Source: Octopus vulgaris (taxonomy: Eukaryota). Taken from it: a DNA stretch of 64,000 bases. Location of the stretch: positions 47,554,001 through 47,618,000 of the forward strand of contig OX597818.1 in the NCBI GenBank assembly GCA_951406725.2. The letters run 5' to 3'. Both the position numbers and the translations under genes were made by a program. Below the pieces are notes generated by a model. That model saw only the letters and a list, made by a program, of their open reading frames with translations, ran no database searches and was not told the origin of the DNA. Positions 1 through 15,214 of the stretch are shown here, piece after piece; positions within the stretch are counted from its first letter, which is position 1, and each line of letters starts with the position of its first letter.

Positions 1-292
1 GATGATAATTAAACATACATGTACACACACATTTATGTAAGTGTGTATATGTACATATATATGTATGTGTATGTTTGTGTATATGTACATATATATGTAT
101 ATGTGTGTGTATATATATATGTATATATGTGTATATATATATATATGTATATATGTATATGTGTGTATATATATGTATATGTGTGTGTGTATATATATGT
201 ATATATATATATGTATATGTGTGTATATATATATATGTATATGTGTGTATATATATATATATGTATATATATATGTATATGTGTGTGTATAT

Positions 293-330
<38 letters not shown>

Positions 331-554
331 TTGTAAGTAAGTTTATATGTCAACATCAATCATCATTATCATTTTAACGGCCACGCTTCTGTGCTTGTAT
401 GGGTCAGGTGAAATTCTTTGGTAAATTTTCTATGTCCAGATATCCTCCCTGCCACCAAGCCTATCATATTTCTACTGAAAATTGGAAATGAAAGGCACCG
501 CTTGCATGATGGTGACATTTGTTTACAACAAGGACATGCTATCAAAACAAAGAG

Positions 555-608
<54 letters not shown>

Positions 609-1248
609 GATGAGCCTTTTTCCATTTACATATACCAAACCCTCTCACAAGGCTTTGGTCAGCCCTGGGGTATAGTAGCAGGTGCCATCCTGCGGGACTT
701 AAGCTGAAACCATGTGACTGATATATATTTATCTTTTTAGTTGTTTCAGGCACTGAACTGCAGCCTTGCTGGGACACTGCCTTGAAGAGTTTAGCCCAGA
801 AAAAAATCAACGTGTACTTATTCTTTTTTCAGCCCAGCTCATATTCTGTTAGTTGCTTTTGCTGAATCACTAAGTCATGGGGAGATAAACACAGTTCTCA
901 AGTATTGTATTGTGTGTGGAGGTGTAACAAACACAAAGACACACAGTTTCCATCCATCAAATTCACTCACAAGATATTGGTTGGCCTGAGGAATATAATA
1001 GAAGATATTTGCCTATGGTGCCATGCTGTTGGATTGAACCTGGAGCCATGTGGTTGCAAAGTGAGCTTCTCAACAACACAACCTATTTAAAAGATATACA
1101 TTCATGTATATAATGTATACGTACACAAGTATATCATCATGCATATATATATATATAAAATAATGATAATATAAATAATATCATCATCATCATCATCATC
1201 GTTTAGCGTCCGTTTAAACGATGATGATGATATTATTTATATTATTAT

Positions 1249-1280
<32 letters not shown>

Positions 1281-1523
1281 GCATATATACATACATATAT
1301 GTACATACCTACATAGATATGTATATATACATACATATATGGGTACAGGACATCAAAAAAACGTTGAGCACAATGAGAAATGAAAACATAAAAACAAAAA
1401 CTTTTTTTTCGAACAATGAAAAAAAAAAACAAACAGAGAAACGAGACATACAACATAAACAATATTCCCCTTCTTTAGTTGCCCCTGTTTCAACTACTCC
1501 ATGTTTCGAAGGCAAATATATAT

Positions 1524-1574
<51 letters not shown>

Positions 1575-1833
1575 TGGAACATAGAAATACTGAGAATGAG
1601 GGACCCCTGGTTTTTGATAAGGCGTCCCTCTAAGAGAAGGCTAACTTGTCTATAAGACTTGCTGCTCCCCTGAGCCAGATATCTTGCACTTTGACTCTGG
1701 GCTTCCTTAACATTGTTAGTGAGAGTCATCGTGGTGTTGTGCAAGGCCATACTCAACTTCAAACCCTTACATGGACATTGCCAACACTTAACACTTGTCA
1801 GCAATGGTCATGCATGCCAAACGCATAAACAGC

Positions 1834-1897
<64 letters not shown>

Positions 1898-1900
1898 TCT

Positions 1901-2240
1901 GAGACCCCCTTCGGTCATGATACAGACCATGGGATTGCACCGAGAAAGTTACCCTCCCAGGCACAAGTCCAGACAAGGTTGTTTATGGAAGACCAGCAGT
2001 CGCCCATGCATACCAGTCTCCCCTCTCCACACCACCAGTGTTATCCAAGGGAAAGGCAAAGGGACCAATACTGCTTGGCACCTGTGATGTTGCAACTCAT
2101 TTCTACAGCTGAGTGAACTGGAGCAACGTGAAATAAAGTGTCTTGCTCAAGAACACAACATGCAGCCCGGTCCGGGATTTGAGCTCACAACCTCACAATT
2201 GTAAGCTCGATGCTGTAATCACTGAGCCATGCACCTTCAC
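1901..2240 (-). mobile_element. tRNA/CORE-like SINE, family D
   Basis: Minus strand tRNA-like head followed by gtgttcttgagcaagacactt (CORE-like); second copy at 32255-32532. Confidence 0.72.
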
Positions 2241-2493
2241 ATATACATATATATATATATATATTATTCAGTCATTTGACTGCGGGCATGCTGGAGCATT
2301 GCCTTTAGTTGAACAAATTGACCCCAAGACTTATTCTTTGTAAGCCTAGTACTTATTCTATGTCTCTTTTGCTGAACTGCTAAGTTACGGGGACGTAAAC
2401 ATACCAATATCAGTTGTTAAGCGATGATGTGTGTGTGTGGCGAAACACAGACACACAAACATACACACACACGCATACACACACAAACACACG

Positions 2494-2809
2494 TAAGTAT
2501 CTTTTTCTTCAAAAATTCACGCAATGATCTTTTCATTTTCAAGTGGTCATCAAGTGCCAGGTCGACATGATCATTGTTTCAAACATTTTAATATAAAAAT
2601 ATAAAACCCTGTTCTAGTATGTTGTATTGAGCACTAAATACGAAAGTACACCACTATGAATGGAGCAATTTCAACAAACATAATACATTATATAGACATA
2701 ATATTTTTATATTTAAAAATTTAAAACAACAATCGTGTCAACTTGGTAGTTGATGACAACTTGAAATTGAAACAGTCATTGTGTGAACTTTTGAAGAATA
2801 ATATACTTA
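2494..2809. repeat. Long imperfect inverted repeat (foldback element)
   Basis: taagtat...ttcttcaaaaattcacgcaatga... mirrors ...tcattgtgtgaacttttgaagaataatatactta over more than 100 bp. Confidence 0.8.
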
Positions 2810-3575
2810 TATATATATAGTTCATGGCTGCCTTTGAAGCCAAACTGGCCTTAACAAAGTGATAAAACATGGCCTAGATGTCACAGGCTTCTCTTCCCAG
2901 CTCGAGCCAGCGGGACTAGATTGAAAAGACGGTAAAAGTCCTGACAGTATGATAATTTTCTGGTTCGTGGTGGTAGGTCCTTCATTTAGGATACCACATG
3001 ATGTGACACCTTCTCCAGCAACAGCTTGATATGTTCAGTTATCAGCCCAGGCTCCAATGCTCGTCAGCAAACTGTCAAGGTATTGGTTGCTCTCTGACAG
3101 GTTTATTGTCTAGCTTGTAGCAGGAAAGACCTCTGGTATTCTTGTCCCCCAGACCATATCTCTGCTCACTGCTATCAGAGCAGAGCTGGCTGTCCACAAG
3201 TGTGAGCGTCATGAGTCAGAGTCAAACGCTGTATGTATTAGCTTAACATCAAAGGGGAATGGAAAAAAGTCTTAGTGTTTCAGATGCTAGACTTCCACAT
3301 GAAGAAAATCATGCAAGAAAGATATAGGAGATTCAATAAGTGAACAAAAGAGGTTCGAGGAAAGAAAGACAAAATAAATGGTCAAAGATGAGTTTGAGGT
3401 CAGGTGGGAATGTGGTTCTAATATAACAATTAGAAGAATGGGGGAGTATAGATGGTGTGTGTGTTCATAGATAGATGTGTGCCTGAGTATTCAAATAGGT
3501 GTAGAGGTGTGAAAGTGTGGGAGTATAGCAGTATGGGCTAGTGGAGATGAGGCTGGTTTGTGTGTAGGTATAATT

Positions 3576-3606
<31 letters not shown>

Positions 3607-3892
3607 ATGTATATATGTATATGTATATATGTGTATATGTATATATATGTATATGTATATATATTGTTATATTTCGGAATATATGTATATATTTGTATAT
3701 GTATATATATGTGTATATGTCTACATATTTATATGTGTGTGTATGTATAGGAAGATGATTTAAGAAAAAAGTTTGGAACAACTTGGAGGAGAATGGCAAG
3801 AGCACAAAGGGATGGACAGTGGAGCCAACTCAGCACCAGACAGCTTGCCCAATCCAAGTGGTGTGTGTGTAGGTATGTATGTATATGTGTGA

Positions 3893-3943
<51 letters not shown>

Positions 3944-4308
3944 CGCATCTATATGTATATACACACACATGCACACACATATAATCACAGCTTTCTTATC
4001 TTTTCTCATTTCCATCTTGATGAATCCCAACTCTCTCTCTTCTAGAGTGTGTGTAACCATATAACTTCTTTGCAGCACTAAATCCATCAAGAAACCTGTT
4101 CTGCTCTGGCATCTTCCCTCATACTTTAATCTCTCATCTCGTTATAAAATTATCTCTCTCGGGATTTGCAGCTTTGCAGTGTGCTTGGTGACCTGCTAGT
4201 GCTGGTAAGACGAGAAAGAGAAAAACATGCAGTACACACTGAAAAGTAGTTAGCATAGAGAAGGGCATCCAACTGTAGCAACCATGTCAGTCAAGCTCTG
4301 TCTGTCTG

Positions 4309-4339
<31 letters not shown>

Positions 4340-4624
4340 TTATGAATATATGCATATATACATATATATATATACATATATATATGTATATATATATACA
4401 CACATATATATATAGAGTAGAATAACAAAGGCTTTAGGCCACTGGTGATCCAAACTAATAGGCACACTGCGAAGTGCTCCAATTGATAAGCCACAAGGAT
4501 CCAAGTTCACAGCGGGGGCTGGAGCTGGGGATCCATAGCCTACTTGCAAGTCAGTGTGTATAAATTAAAGGAAGAGCGAAGATAAGCTTATCAGATCATT
4601 TAAATTATTTTAATCATTATAGTA

Positions 4625-5028
4625 GGGAATCGTGTAGTAAGTAGTTTGCTTACGAACCACATGGTTCCATTTTCGTTTCCATTGTGTGGCATCATAGGCA
4701 AGTGTCTTCTACTATAGCCTCTGGCTGACCAAAGCCTTGTGAGTGGATTTGGTAGACAGAGACTGAAAGAAACCCGTTATATATATGTATATATGTATGT
4801 ATGTGTGTGTGTATACGTTTGTGCATCTGTGTTTGTCCCCCCAACATCACTTGTCCACCAATGCTGGTGTGTTTACGTCCCTGTAACTTAGCGGTTTGGC
4901 AAAAGAAATCGATAGAATATGTACTAGGCTTACAAAGAATAAGTCCTATTGTTGATTTGCTCGACTAAAGGTGGTGCTCCAACATGGCCGCAGTCAATGA
5001 AACAAGTAAAAGAGTAAAAAGAAAAGAG
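4625..5028 (+). mobile_element. SINE family A
   Basis: Colinear with 21192-21585. Confidence 0.8.
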
Positions 5029-5221
5029 TACACACACAATGAATTCTCCTGTTGAAGTGATTGCAGAGCAATGTGTGGTTAAGTGTTTTGCTCAAGAACA
5101 CAGTGCACTACCTTGTCTATGAATTGAAACTACAATCTCATGATCATGAATGCAACACCCTAACCACTAGGCCATGTGTCCTCACACACACATATATATA
5201 TATCCGCATATATATATCCTC

Positions 5222-5411
5222 GTGCCAGTGGAACATAAAAAGCACCCACTACACTCTTGGAGTGGTTGGCGTTAGGAAGGGCATCCAGCTGTAGAAACTC
5301 TGCCAGATCAGATTGGAGCCTGGTGCAGCCATCTGGTTCGCCAGACCTCAGTCAAAATCGTCCAACCCATCCTAGCATGGAAAGCGGACGTTAAGCGATG
5401 ATGATGATGAT
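5222..5411 (+). mobile_element. SINE family C 3' portion with (GAT)n tail
   Basis: ttaggaagggcatccagctgtagaaactctgcc...tagcatggaaagcggacgttaagcgatgatgatg. Confidence 0.8.
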
Positions 5412-5534
5412 ATATGTGTGTGCGTGTGTCTCTTTAATTTTTTGTACATTTTGAACTATATATATATATAGCGGTGGTGCCCCAGCATGGCCGCGGCCTT
5501 CGGGCTAAAACATTTTTAAGGACTTAAGGATTTT

Positions 5535-5566
<32 letters not shown>

Positions 5567-6059
5567 GATAGATAACAAAGACAAATTAAGAGTATATCTT
5601 ATTTTTACTTCATTTAGAGAAATTACCTCAGTTATAGATGTGTATTATTTTTTATAACTTTGTGTCTTGTCTGCTGAAGACAGGGTATGACATTTGCTGT
5701 GCTGGTGATGCCTATTGATGCAAAAATATGTGTCCACTGCTGTCCTTTTGTTTTCAGACAGTCAGGCTGTCTATCCCATAAAGTCAATTAAATTTTGGAG
5801 AATTCATGGCTCTTGAGATTATCTCCCCTTCTCATTTGGAGTTGGTGCCAGTTGCTACGAAGTGGTTGGTTTACAGTTTCTGGAGTTGAAGACAATTTCA
5901 ATAAATCAAGAATTTATCTTGTATTGTTATTTAATATATCTTTATTTGTCTTTGTTCAAATCAGGATATCACTGGATACCCTGATTGTTTGATACATGTA
6001 TTTATATATATATATATACACACACACACAAATATATATAAATTCTTGATACCTATTGC

Positions 6060-6105
<46 letters not shown>

Positions 6106-6349
6106 GGTGTATGTATGTATACACTGACGTGTGTATATAGATATAAATTCTTTATATATATATATATATATACATATGTATGTTTCATCATCATTTAACA
6201 TCCATTTTCCATGCTGGCATGGGTTGGACAGTTTGACTGAGGTCTGGAGAGCCAGTGGCTGCACCAGGCTCCAATCTAACCTGTGTATATGTGTTTGTGT
6301 GTGTATTCATTATCATCATTTAACATCCCTTTAAATGATGATGATGATA

Positions 6350-6396
<47 letters not shown>

Positions 6397-6487
6397 GAGG
6401 ATAAAATCGTTAATTTAAATTAAATAACGATCTTCTAAAGTGGCCAGCATGGAAATAAAAACCTTCAAAGGTAATAATTATTATTAA

Positions 6488-6725
6488 AATTATAATTTAG
6501 GGTATCTACAAGATACTGCCATGCTGAAAATAGCAGCCAAGATCTGACTCTAAAACCATATTAAATGTTCCTACAACACAAGGAGAGAAGACAGTAATTT
6601 TTTACTAGTTTTATTTTGTCTTTTTGTCTTCTCTCCTTGTGCTGTATGAACATTTAATGTGGTTCTAGAGTCAGATCTTGGCTGCTATTTTCAGCATGGC
6701 GGTATCTTGCAGATACCCTAAATTA

Positions 6726-6730
<5 letters not shown>
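6488..6730. repeat. 106-bp inverted repeat (6488-6593 / 6625-6730)
   Basis: Arms aligned by hand: 6 mismatches in 106 nt; 31-nt spacer. Confidence 0.95.
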
Positions 6731-7640
<910 letters not shown>

Positions 7641-7758
7641 TGTGTGTTTGTGCATGCATGTATGATCATATACATGGAGGACGTGAAGGAGGAACAGAAA
7701 TGAAGATCTAGAAATGAGGGAGGAAATCATAAGCTGCAGTGGGAACAAATGGGAAAAG

Positions 7759-7802
<44 letters not shown>

Positions 7803-8066
7803 TGGGGATAAATGGAAAAGATTGCATGGCCATATGGAGAGAGTGAGAAGAAGATCTATTGATCTAGAATAATAGTAGGATGCTCTGTGCTCTAGAAATT
7901 TAGTTGTTGAAAATCAAAAGTGGAACATGGGAGTGATTTTATCTATATGCATACACGCATAGATACATATCATCAGTGTATCATATATCTGGAAAAGAAG
8001 CACACTCTTAAACATAATTTAAAATATTAATTAATTAATTAATAAATAAATATATATATTTTTTTT

Positions 8067-9822
8067 ATTCTTTTACTTGCTTCAGTCATTTGACTGCGGC
8101 CATGCTGGAGCACCACATTGAAGGATTTTAGTTGAACAAATCGACACCAAGACATATTTTTTAAAGCTTGGTACTTTCTCTATCAGTCTCTTTTGCTGAA
8201 CTGCTATGTTGCAGGGACTTAAACACATCAACACTGGATGTCAAGCAGTGATGGGGGTACAAACATGGACAGACACAAAGACATGGACATAAATACACAC
8301 ACACACACATACACACACATGCACACACACACACACACACTTATATATATATGTATAGGGTGCAATGAGTAAATTATTGCCAGTTTTTATTTTGCTCCCA
8401 TGCATTGTTTGTTTTTTTATTTTGTCGACTACATAGTATAGTAGGATCAGTTGGGCACCGTCTGTGAGAAAAACAGCATCATGACACAATTCACTCTGTC
8501 AGAAATTTGGAAATGACATGCTGTACTGATTAGCATTTGCACCAGAAGCTCTTATACAAACATTTCAGAGTGTTTTGGTGTCAATCTGAGGACAGTGCAG
8601 AGGATTTGGAAAGATTTGGATGAGTCTCATGGGGATTACGAAGGTACGGCAGCTCGGAAAACTTACTCTGATCATTCTGATAAGAAAAGAACTGAATTTG
8701 TTGGTGAGATCCAGGCCATGATTGACAACAATCCCTCCAACTCAATCAAGTCCACCACCAGGGACATGGGAGTGTCTGAGTTTCTTCTCAGGCAGGTAGT
8801 GCATGAAAACATTTGGTATTCCTCATACAAGATGTGAAAAAGCCAATTTTTACCTGAAGCCATCAAAGACAAGAGGAAAGATTGTGCTACAAAGCTTTTG
8901 AACAAACTCAAGCATCCCTCTCCAACCGAACATGCTTTGGTTTTTCTCAGATGAGAAAAATTTCTGTCTGGATCAGATGGTGAACACACAGAACAACCGT
9001 TGGCTTGCCATGTCCCAAAAACATGTACTGGGAGTGATAAAAATCAAACATCATGGTGTTTGGAGTGATCACTAGTGAGGGTGACATTATGTCTCCATTC
9101 ATCTCCTCACATGGCCTCAGACTCAACATGGAGGCCTACATCAAGTTCCTGGAGGAGGATCAAGAGGGTGGCTGCTGAGAGACCCTATGTCTGGCAACAG
9201 GACTCTGCACCATGTCACACAGGCAGGAGAATCCAGTCATGACTGTCAGACAATTTCTGTGACCACATCACCCTTAACATCTGGCCCCCTAATACCCCAA
9301 ACAGCAACCCACTTGATTATTATGTGTGGGGCGCAGTTGAGCGTGAGACCAACAAAACTCCTTGTAACACCAAAGATGAACTGAAGGCAAGGATTATGAC
9401 AACATTTACCAACTCAAACAAGGAGACCATCCAGAAGAGTTACAGGAGATTCCGAAGTCATCTGGAGGTTGTGGTTGAAGCCAGTGGCGATTTTATTGAA
9501 TAAATTTACTCTAAAGTATTTCAAGATATTTTTATGTAATTTTGGTAAATATATCTATTAAAATGAGATGTCTGTTATTTTTCATTTTTGCATAATTTGA
9601 ACAACAATTTATTCATCACAGTCTGTGTGTATATATATATATATATATAGATAGATAGATAGATATATACGACAGGCGTCTTTCACTCTGTGTACTAAAT
9701 CCATTTGCAAGGCTTTGGTCAGCCTGAGGCTATAGTAGAAGATACGTGCCACTCAGTAAGATTGAACCCAGAACCATGTGGTTGGAACACAAGCTTCTTA
9801 CCACACAGCTACACCTGCACCT
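8067..9822 (-). mobile_element. SINE family A copy split by the maT transposon (3' half ~8067-8290, 5' half ~9670-9822)
   Basis: The two halves flank the transposon and together rebuild a family A copy. Confidence 0.7.
8356..9625 (+). mobile_element. Decayed Tc1/mariner-superfamily transposon, DD37D (maT-type) transposase pseudogene
   Basis: Translated remnants W..SDEKNF, WQQDSAPCHT, IWPPNTPNSNPLDYYVWG and EASGDFIE*, with 37 codons between the 2nd and 3rd Asp; stops and frameshifts; degenerate TIRs (tagggtgcaatgagtaaattattg / caacaatttattcatcacagtctg). Confidence 0.88.
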
Positions 9823-11915
9823 ATACATATATATCTGTGTATGTGTATACATGTGTGTGTGTATACATATGTGTGTGTGTGTATGTATATATATGTGCCT
9901 CTCATGATCTTATAATTGCCCCACCTCTCTTTATCCACTATCTATATCATCTCATCTTTCGAGGGTTTACTCTGGGTAGCCATGTATCTTCCTTATAGCA
10001 AGGTACATCTGCTTGCCCCTGGCATAAAAATCACCTTGCTACCCTCTCAAAAATACCTCCTACTCAAGTGGGCTTTTCCCTTTTCCCCCACCTTTTCCCC
10101 TTTTCCCCTTTTCTTGTTCTTTCTTGTCTTGCAACCCCACTGGGGCTGATGGCAAAAACACCCAGTGCATACTGTAAAGTTGTTAGTGTTAGGAAGGGCA
10201 TCCAGTTGTAAAAACCATGCTAAAGCTGACATGGAGCACAGTATGGCCCTATGGCTCGCCAATTCTATCTAACTGTCCGACCCATGCCAGTATGGAAAAC
10301 AGCTGTTCAGTAATGATGGTAATGATATATAGACACACACATATATGTGTATATATCTATATGTACATGTGTGTGTACATAAGCATGGAAGTTTGGCTTT
10401 TGTAAAATCTTGGCATATTCTTTATGCAGCACTTGATAAGAATTCATGGCTGTCTATGTGTGTTTATGTGTGTGTGTGTGTGTGTGTCTCTCTCTTTCTC
10501 TCACTCTGAATATAGATATATATCTGTCTGACCCGTGTCCGTCCAACCCGCGCTAGCACGGAAAACGGACGTTAAACGATGATGATGATGATGATGATAT
10601 ATATATTTATACTTATATGTTATATAATATTCTTATATTTTGTTTATTGTAATAAATAAAATGCATAGAACAAAGGAATATCATCATCATCGTTTAGCGT
10701 CCGCTTTCCATGCTAGCATGGGTTGGGCACAATAATTGTATGTTATCCCAATTGTACCCATTACATTCAGTATGGACAGGGTGAAGATTCTGTAGGTGTC
10801 TATGGAGCAACAATATGTTTCCACATCTCAAAAATTAATACCAAAATTCATTACAGTCTCCGTTATAATTTCACTTCATTTGTTGTCAAATTTCACCAAC
10901 TTTCTTACAAAATCAATAAAGTGGTCTTGATTGTTATTACGAAACGCTATGGAATTGGTTTTATTGAAAGTTGGTTGGCTTTCTACGAGTTGCCATGCCT
11001 GCTGAAGACATCTTAAGTCTTCGACTACATAATACAGTGTCCATGGTTGGTCTGTTGCTTTGCTTTATCGAGGTCACTGTAATCCCATGGCAGTGCTGTT
11101 TATTGGTTAAATGTACGACTTGTACTAAAATGTGGTAATCATTTCACATCCACTTTTCCATGCCTGCATGGGTCAGATGACATTTGTTGAGGCAGATATT
11201 CTCTGACTGGATGCCCTTCCTGTCACTAACCCTCACTTGTTTCCAAGTAAGGTAATATTTTCTCATTGCTAATCATGGAAAACTGGAAATAAAGAACCTT
11301 GTTTGTATGACAATGATGCTCACTTACAGCCTTCACATGACGTCTAGATAAGGGTACCAAGTGTACCCTTATACACACACTTATACATACATACACTCAC
11401 ACACACATACACATGGCAGGTTTCTTTCAGTTTCTGTCTACCAAATCCACTCTCAAGGCTTTGATTAGCTTGTAGGTATTGTAAAAGACACTTGCCTAAG
11501 GTACCATGCAGAAGGGCTGAACCTACAACCACATGGTTGGGAAACAAGCTTTTCAACCATACAGCCAGGCCAGTGCATTTATAAATATATATATATGTAT
11601 ATATCATCATCATCATCATCATCGTTTAACATCTGCTTTCCATGTTGGCATAGTTTGGACGGTTCGACTGAGGTCTGGGAAGGAGTGGCACTTCTTCACA
11701 CAGCTCTCTTTGTCCATCTGCAGTACATGACCATACCAATGCAAACGTCTCTCTTGCACGCCACATCTGATGCTTCTTATGTCTATGCACATACTATATA
11801 TATATATATATGCTCATACTATATGTGTGTGTATGCATATATATATATATATACACACACACACATATACACATGCTGTATATGTGCTTGTGTGTATATA
11901 TATATATATATATAT

Positions 11916-12108
11916 ATCATCATCATCATTTAATGTCCACTTTCCATGCTAGCATGGGTTGGACGATTTGACTGAGGACTCATGAGCCAGATGGCTGTGC
12001 CAGGCTCCAATCTAATCTGGCAGAGTTTCTACAGCTGGATGCCCTTCCTAACGCTAACCACTCCGAGAGTGTAGTGGGTGCTTTTACGTGCCACCGGCAT
12101 GAGGGCTA
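11916..12108 (-). mobile_element. SINE family C
   Basis: Reverse complement of family C starting with (CAT)n. Confidence 0.8.
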
Positions 12109-12149
<41 letters not shown>

Positions 12150-12169
12150 GACACATATAGAGTCACTTT

Positions 12170-14215
12170 GTGTTTGTGTGTGGTGTGTGGGTCTCTGTCA
12201 ACAGAGATATAGTATTCTCAAAGAAAAAAAGAAGCCACTAATCTTCGCTATCAATGTGAAGGTTAACAAAAACCAGAGAGGATCTGAAGAAAGCAGTGTA
12301 GAAATCTCAATTTTGATCTTTTGGGCATAATGAAAGGCATGTCATTTCAGCTAAAGTCACATGTGATGAAGTGTATGAAGCACTAGAAGCACACATCCAT
12401 TCTAGAACTGAAATAGTCAACAATCTCCATGTTGAAAACAACTCTGCTACTGCCTGGGCAACTCCATTGGAACTTATAAATATTGGGATTTCCATTGGTC
12501 TCTGTTATGGAGAAAACTTATGACCAGCATGTAGATGCCTGATTGCAGCACTTCAGATTGATTCTTCGTGGAATATATCTCATCAAATTTGACAATGATC
12601 TGCTTTTCTTCCATGAAGTAGCAGAAAGCCTGATGGTCAGATCAGCCTATTTACTCGAGAAGAGGCTTTAAAATTATCAAAGAAATGTCAAAACACTATC
12701 ATCTAGAAGAGTCCACTTTTCCACAAATATTTATTGAACTTCTGTAACAAGAACTATAAAGGAAACAAATCCACAACCTTTGCCAAATCTGCCATTATTC
12801 CACTTCCAAAGAAAGGTGTTCTTCATCCGCCTCGGTATTACACCCTCACCTCTAACCTCAAAAATCTACATCTCTATGATCCTTTATAGAATTTCTCCTG
12901 ATATCAATCCCATTCTATACCAGAACAAAAGTGGCTTCCCCAAAGGTAGATCAATACTGTCATAGATCAACATAATTGAGATCTTTTTCATTAGAAAACT
13001 CATTGAAGAGTTCAGAATCTCTGAGCAAAAAGCATCAGTTGTATTTGGAGATTATTCCAAAGCATATAATAGTGTCAACAGAAGGACCATGTTACATTGA
13101 CTGTTAAACTACAGTATCTTGGGTGATATTGTCAAAGCTGTCTTGTATAAAGCCCATCAAGCTTTGTGCAAAGCAGAGTCTTTTTAACAAAAGTGTTTCT
13201 CTCAACAACAGGATGGACTACATTCTTATGCAGTGTCTTGATCTCATCTAAAACAAAGGCCTCACCATCAAGCAAAAGTGATCATGATGTCAGCAGAGCA
13301 TATATCACTCCTGACATTCGCTATAATAATGATCTTATTTTCACAGCTTATTAACTGTGTGATGTTTTGTTAACACCTTTTGAGAATGTTACAACTAATG
13401 TGTTTCTCAATGTAAAGAAATTTAAAGGAAAAAATTTGACAAGTCAGTCAGTCACCGACTGACTCTCGCTGATGATACATCGAAGAAGCCAGGGAACAGA
13501 AGAAAGAAGAAGACAGAAGACATGCACCCAACACCAGAGCTGAAGACACCTCCAAAAGGGGCAGGGGCCGCTATGTCAAAATGGTAGAGGGGTAGGGGCC
13601 GAAACCGGATGTGGTTCCTCCTGATGATGTCTTGAGCTAACTGGATCCTATAAAGGAGCTGTTGTGGTAGCAGACCACGAAACACGGTTGTAATTCCTCA
13701 TGGCCATCAATGAGGATGAAAGTCACCTGCTAATTTATTCTGACAACAGTACACAGCTCAAGTGACATAGGACCCAAGGTACTTGGGTCCTACTTTATTG
13801 AAAGTAAGAAAAACTCTGTGACATGCAAGGGACAATCTTGGAGAACTTGTTACAAGCTAAACAGTATTGGGTAAGCAAGTATTTCAAAATTACCAAGGCT
13901 GACCTTCTTTCAGGGCATATGTAGAGAACAGTCTTTTTCTTGGACACCTAACCTAGACTGTGCAGAAGGAACTTCAAGAATGCCTAACTGGTACATACAC
14001 TAGGCTTCGCATGAAGGATCAACACACCTCATGGCATCAATACAAAACAAAAGAATCTACTTATGGACACATTTCAAACATCTCTGCAATTGTTTCTTAA
14101 TGCAGGCCATACTTTGATGGTCACTGCTATCATGCCCAATACCAGGTCATATTGGGTGTTATATTTTGTAAAACTTCTATGCCCATTATTAGGGTGCAGA
14201 AATCACATGGTATAG
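12170..14215 (+). mobile_element. Degenerate non-LTR retrotransposon (LINE) reverse-transcriptase remnant
   Basis: Fragments QNKSGFPKGRS...IRKLIEE...VVFGDYSKAYNSV and later YLG match RT motifs; many stops; boundaries approximate. Confidence 0.7.
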
Positions 14216-14282
14216 AATTGAAGATCAAGTAAAGATAATAAATAGATGGTTATACATACATACACATATTTAAATGTGTGTT

Positions 14283-14312
<30 letters not shown>

Positions 14313-14313
<1 letters not shown>

Positions 14314-14513
14314 TCTTTTACTTGTTTCAGTCATTTGACTGAGGCCATGCTGGAGCACCGCCTTTAGTCGAGCAAATTGACCCTAGGACTTATTCTTTTT
14401 GTAAGCCTAGTACTTATTCTATCTGTCTCTTTTGCCGAACCACTAAGTTACGGGGACATAAGCACACCACCTTTGGTTTGCGCGTTTAAGCGATGTTGGG
14501 GGGACAAACACAG

Positions 14514-14560
<47 letters not shown>

Positions 14561-14688
14561 CATACATATGACGGTTTGTCTACCAAATCCACTCACAAGG
14601 CTTTGGTCGACCAAAGGCTATAATAGAAGACACTTACCCAAGGTGTCACGCAGTGGGACTGAACCTGGAACCATGTGGTTGGTAAGCA
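14313..14688 (-). mobile_element. SINE family A
   Basis: Reverse complement of family A. Confidence 0.8.
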
Positions 14689-15214
14689 ACACTCCTAGAG
14701 TTATGATTTGTATGTGCAAAAGATAACCAATAATGTTAAAATTCAATGTGCAAATATAAGCTATAATACATTAACAGACCAAATTATATTAGAAAGCATA
14801 ACAGTGGACTATCCAGGATGTCTCAAAACATTTTACACAATATGAAAGAATTGTATCTTCAGAGAACAATTTCCATGGAGAAATATGAAGATATGATTCT
14901 ACCATTTTGTGTAAGAATTATTGAAACAGCTGTAGGAATGAACATATAGATAGATTGATTCTGGCATGGCTGAGTGGTTTAAGAAGTTCACTTCAGAATC
15001 GCATTATTGGGTGGGTCAATCCCACTGCAATGGATGTTTTCTGCTAGACTTGTTGGTTGTCCAATATATTGTGCAAAAAATTGGTTTATGAGACTGAAAG
15101 AAGCTTGTGCATGTATGTGTGTGTGTGACTGCATATTTTTTCCCTTGACATGTATGCATCTGCTTCAGTGTCTCTGCATGCATGGAAGGTTGATAATAAA
15201 ACAATGACAAGGTG

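Noticed and set aside
2825-3420. Moderately GC-rich stretch as a possible exon
   Set aside because: No long ORF or recognisable motif; probably decayed TE sequence that I cannot classify.
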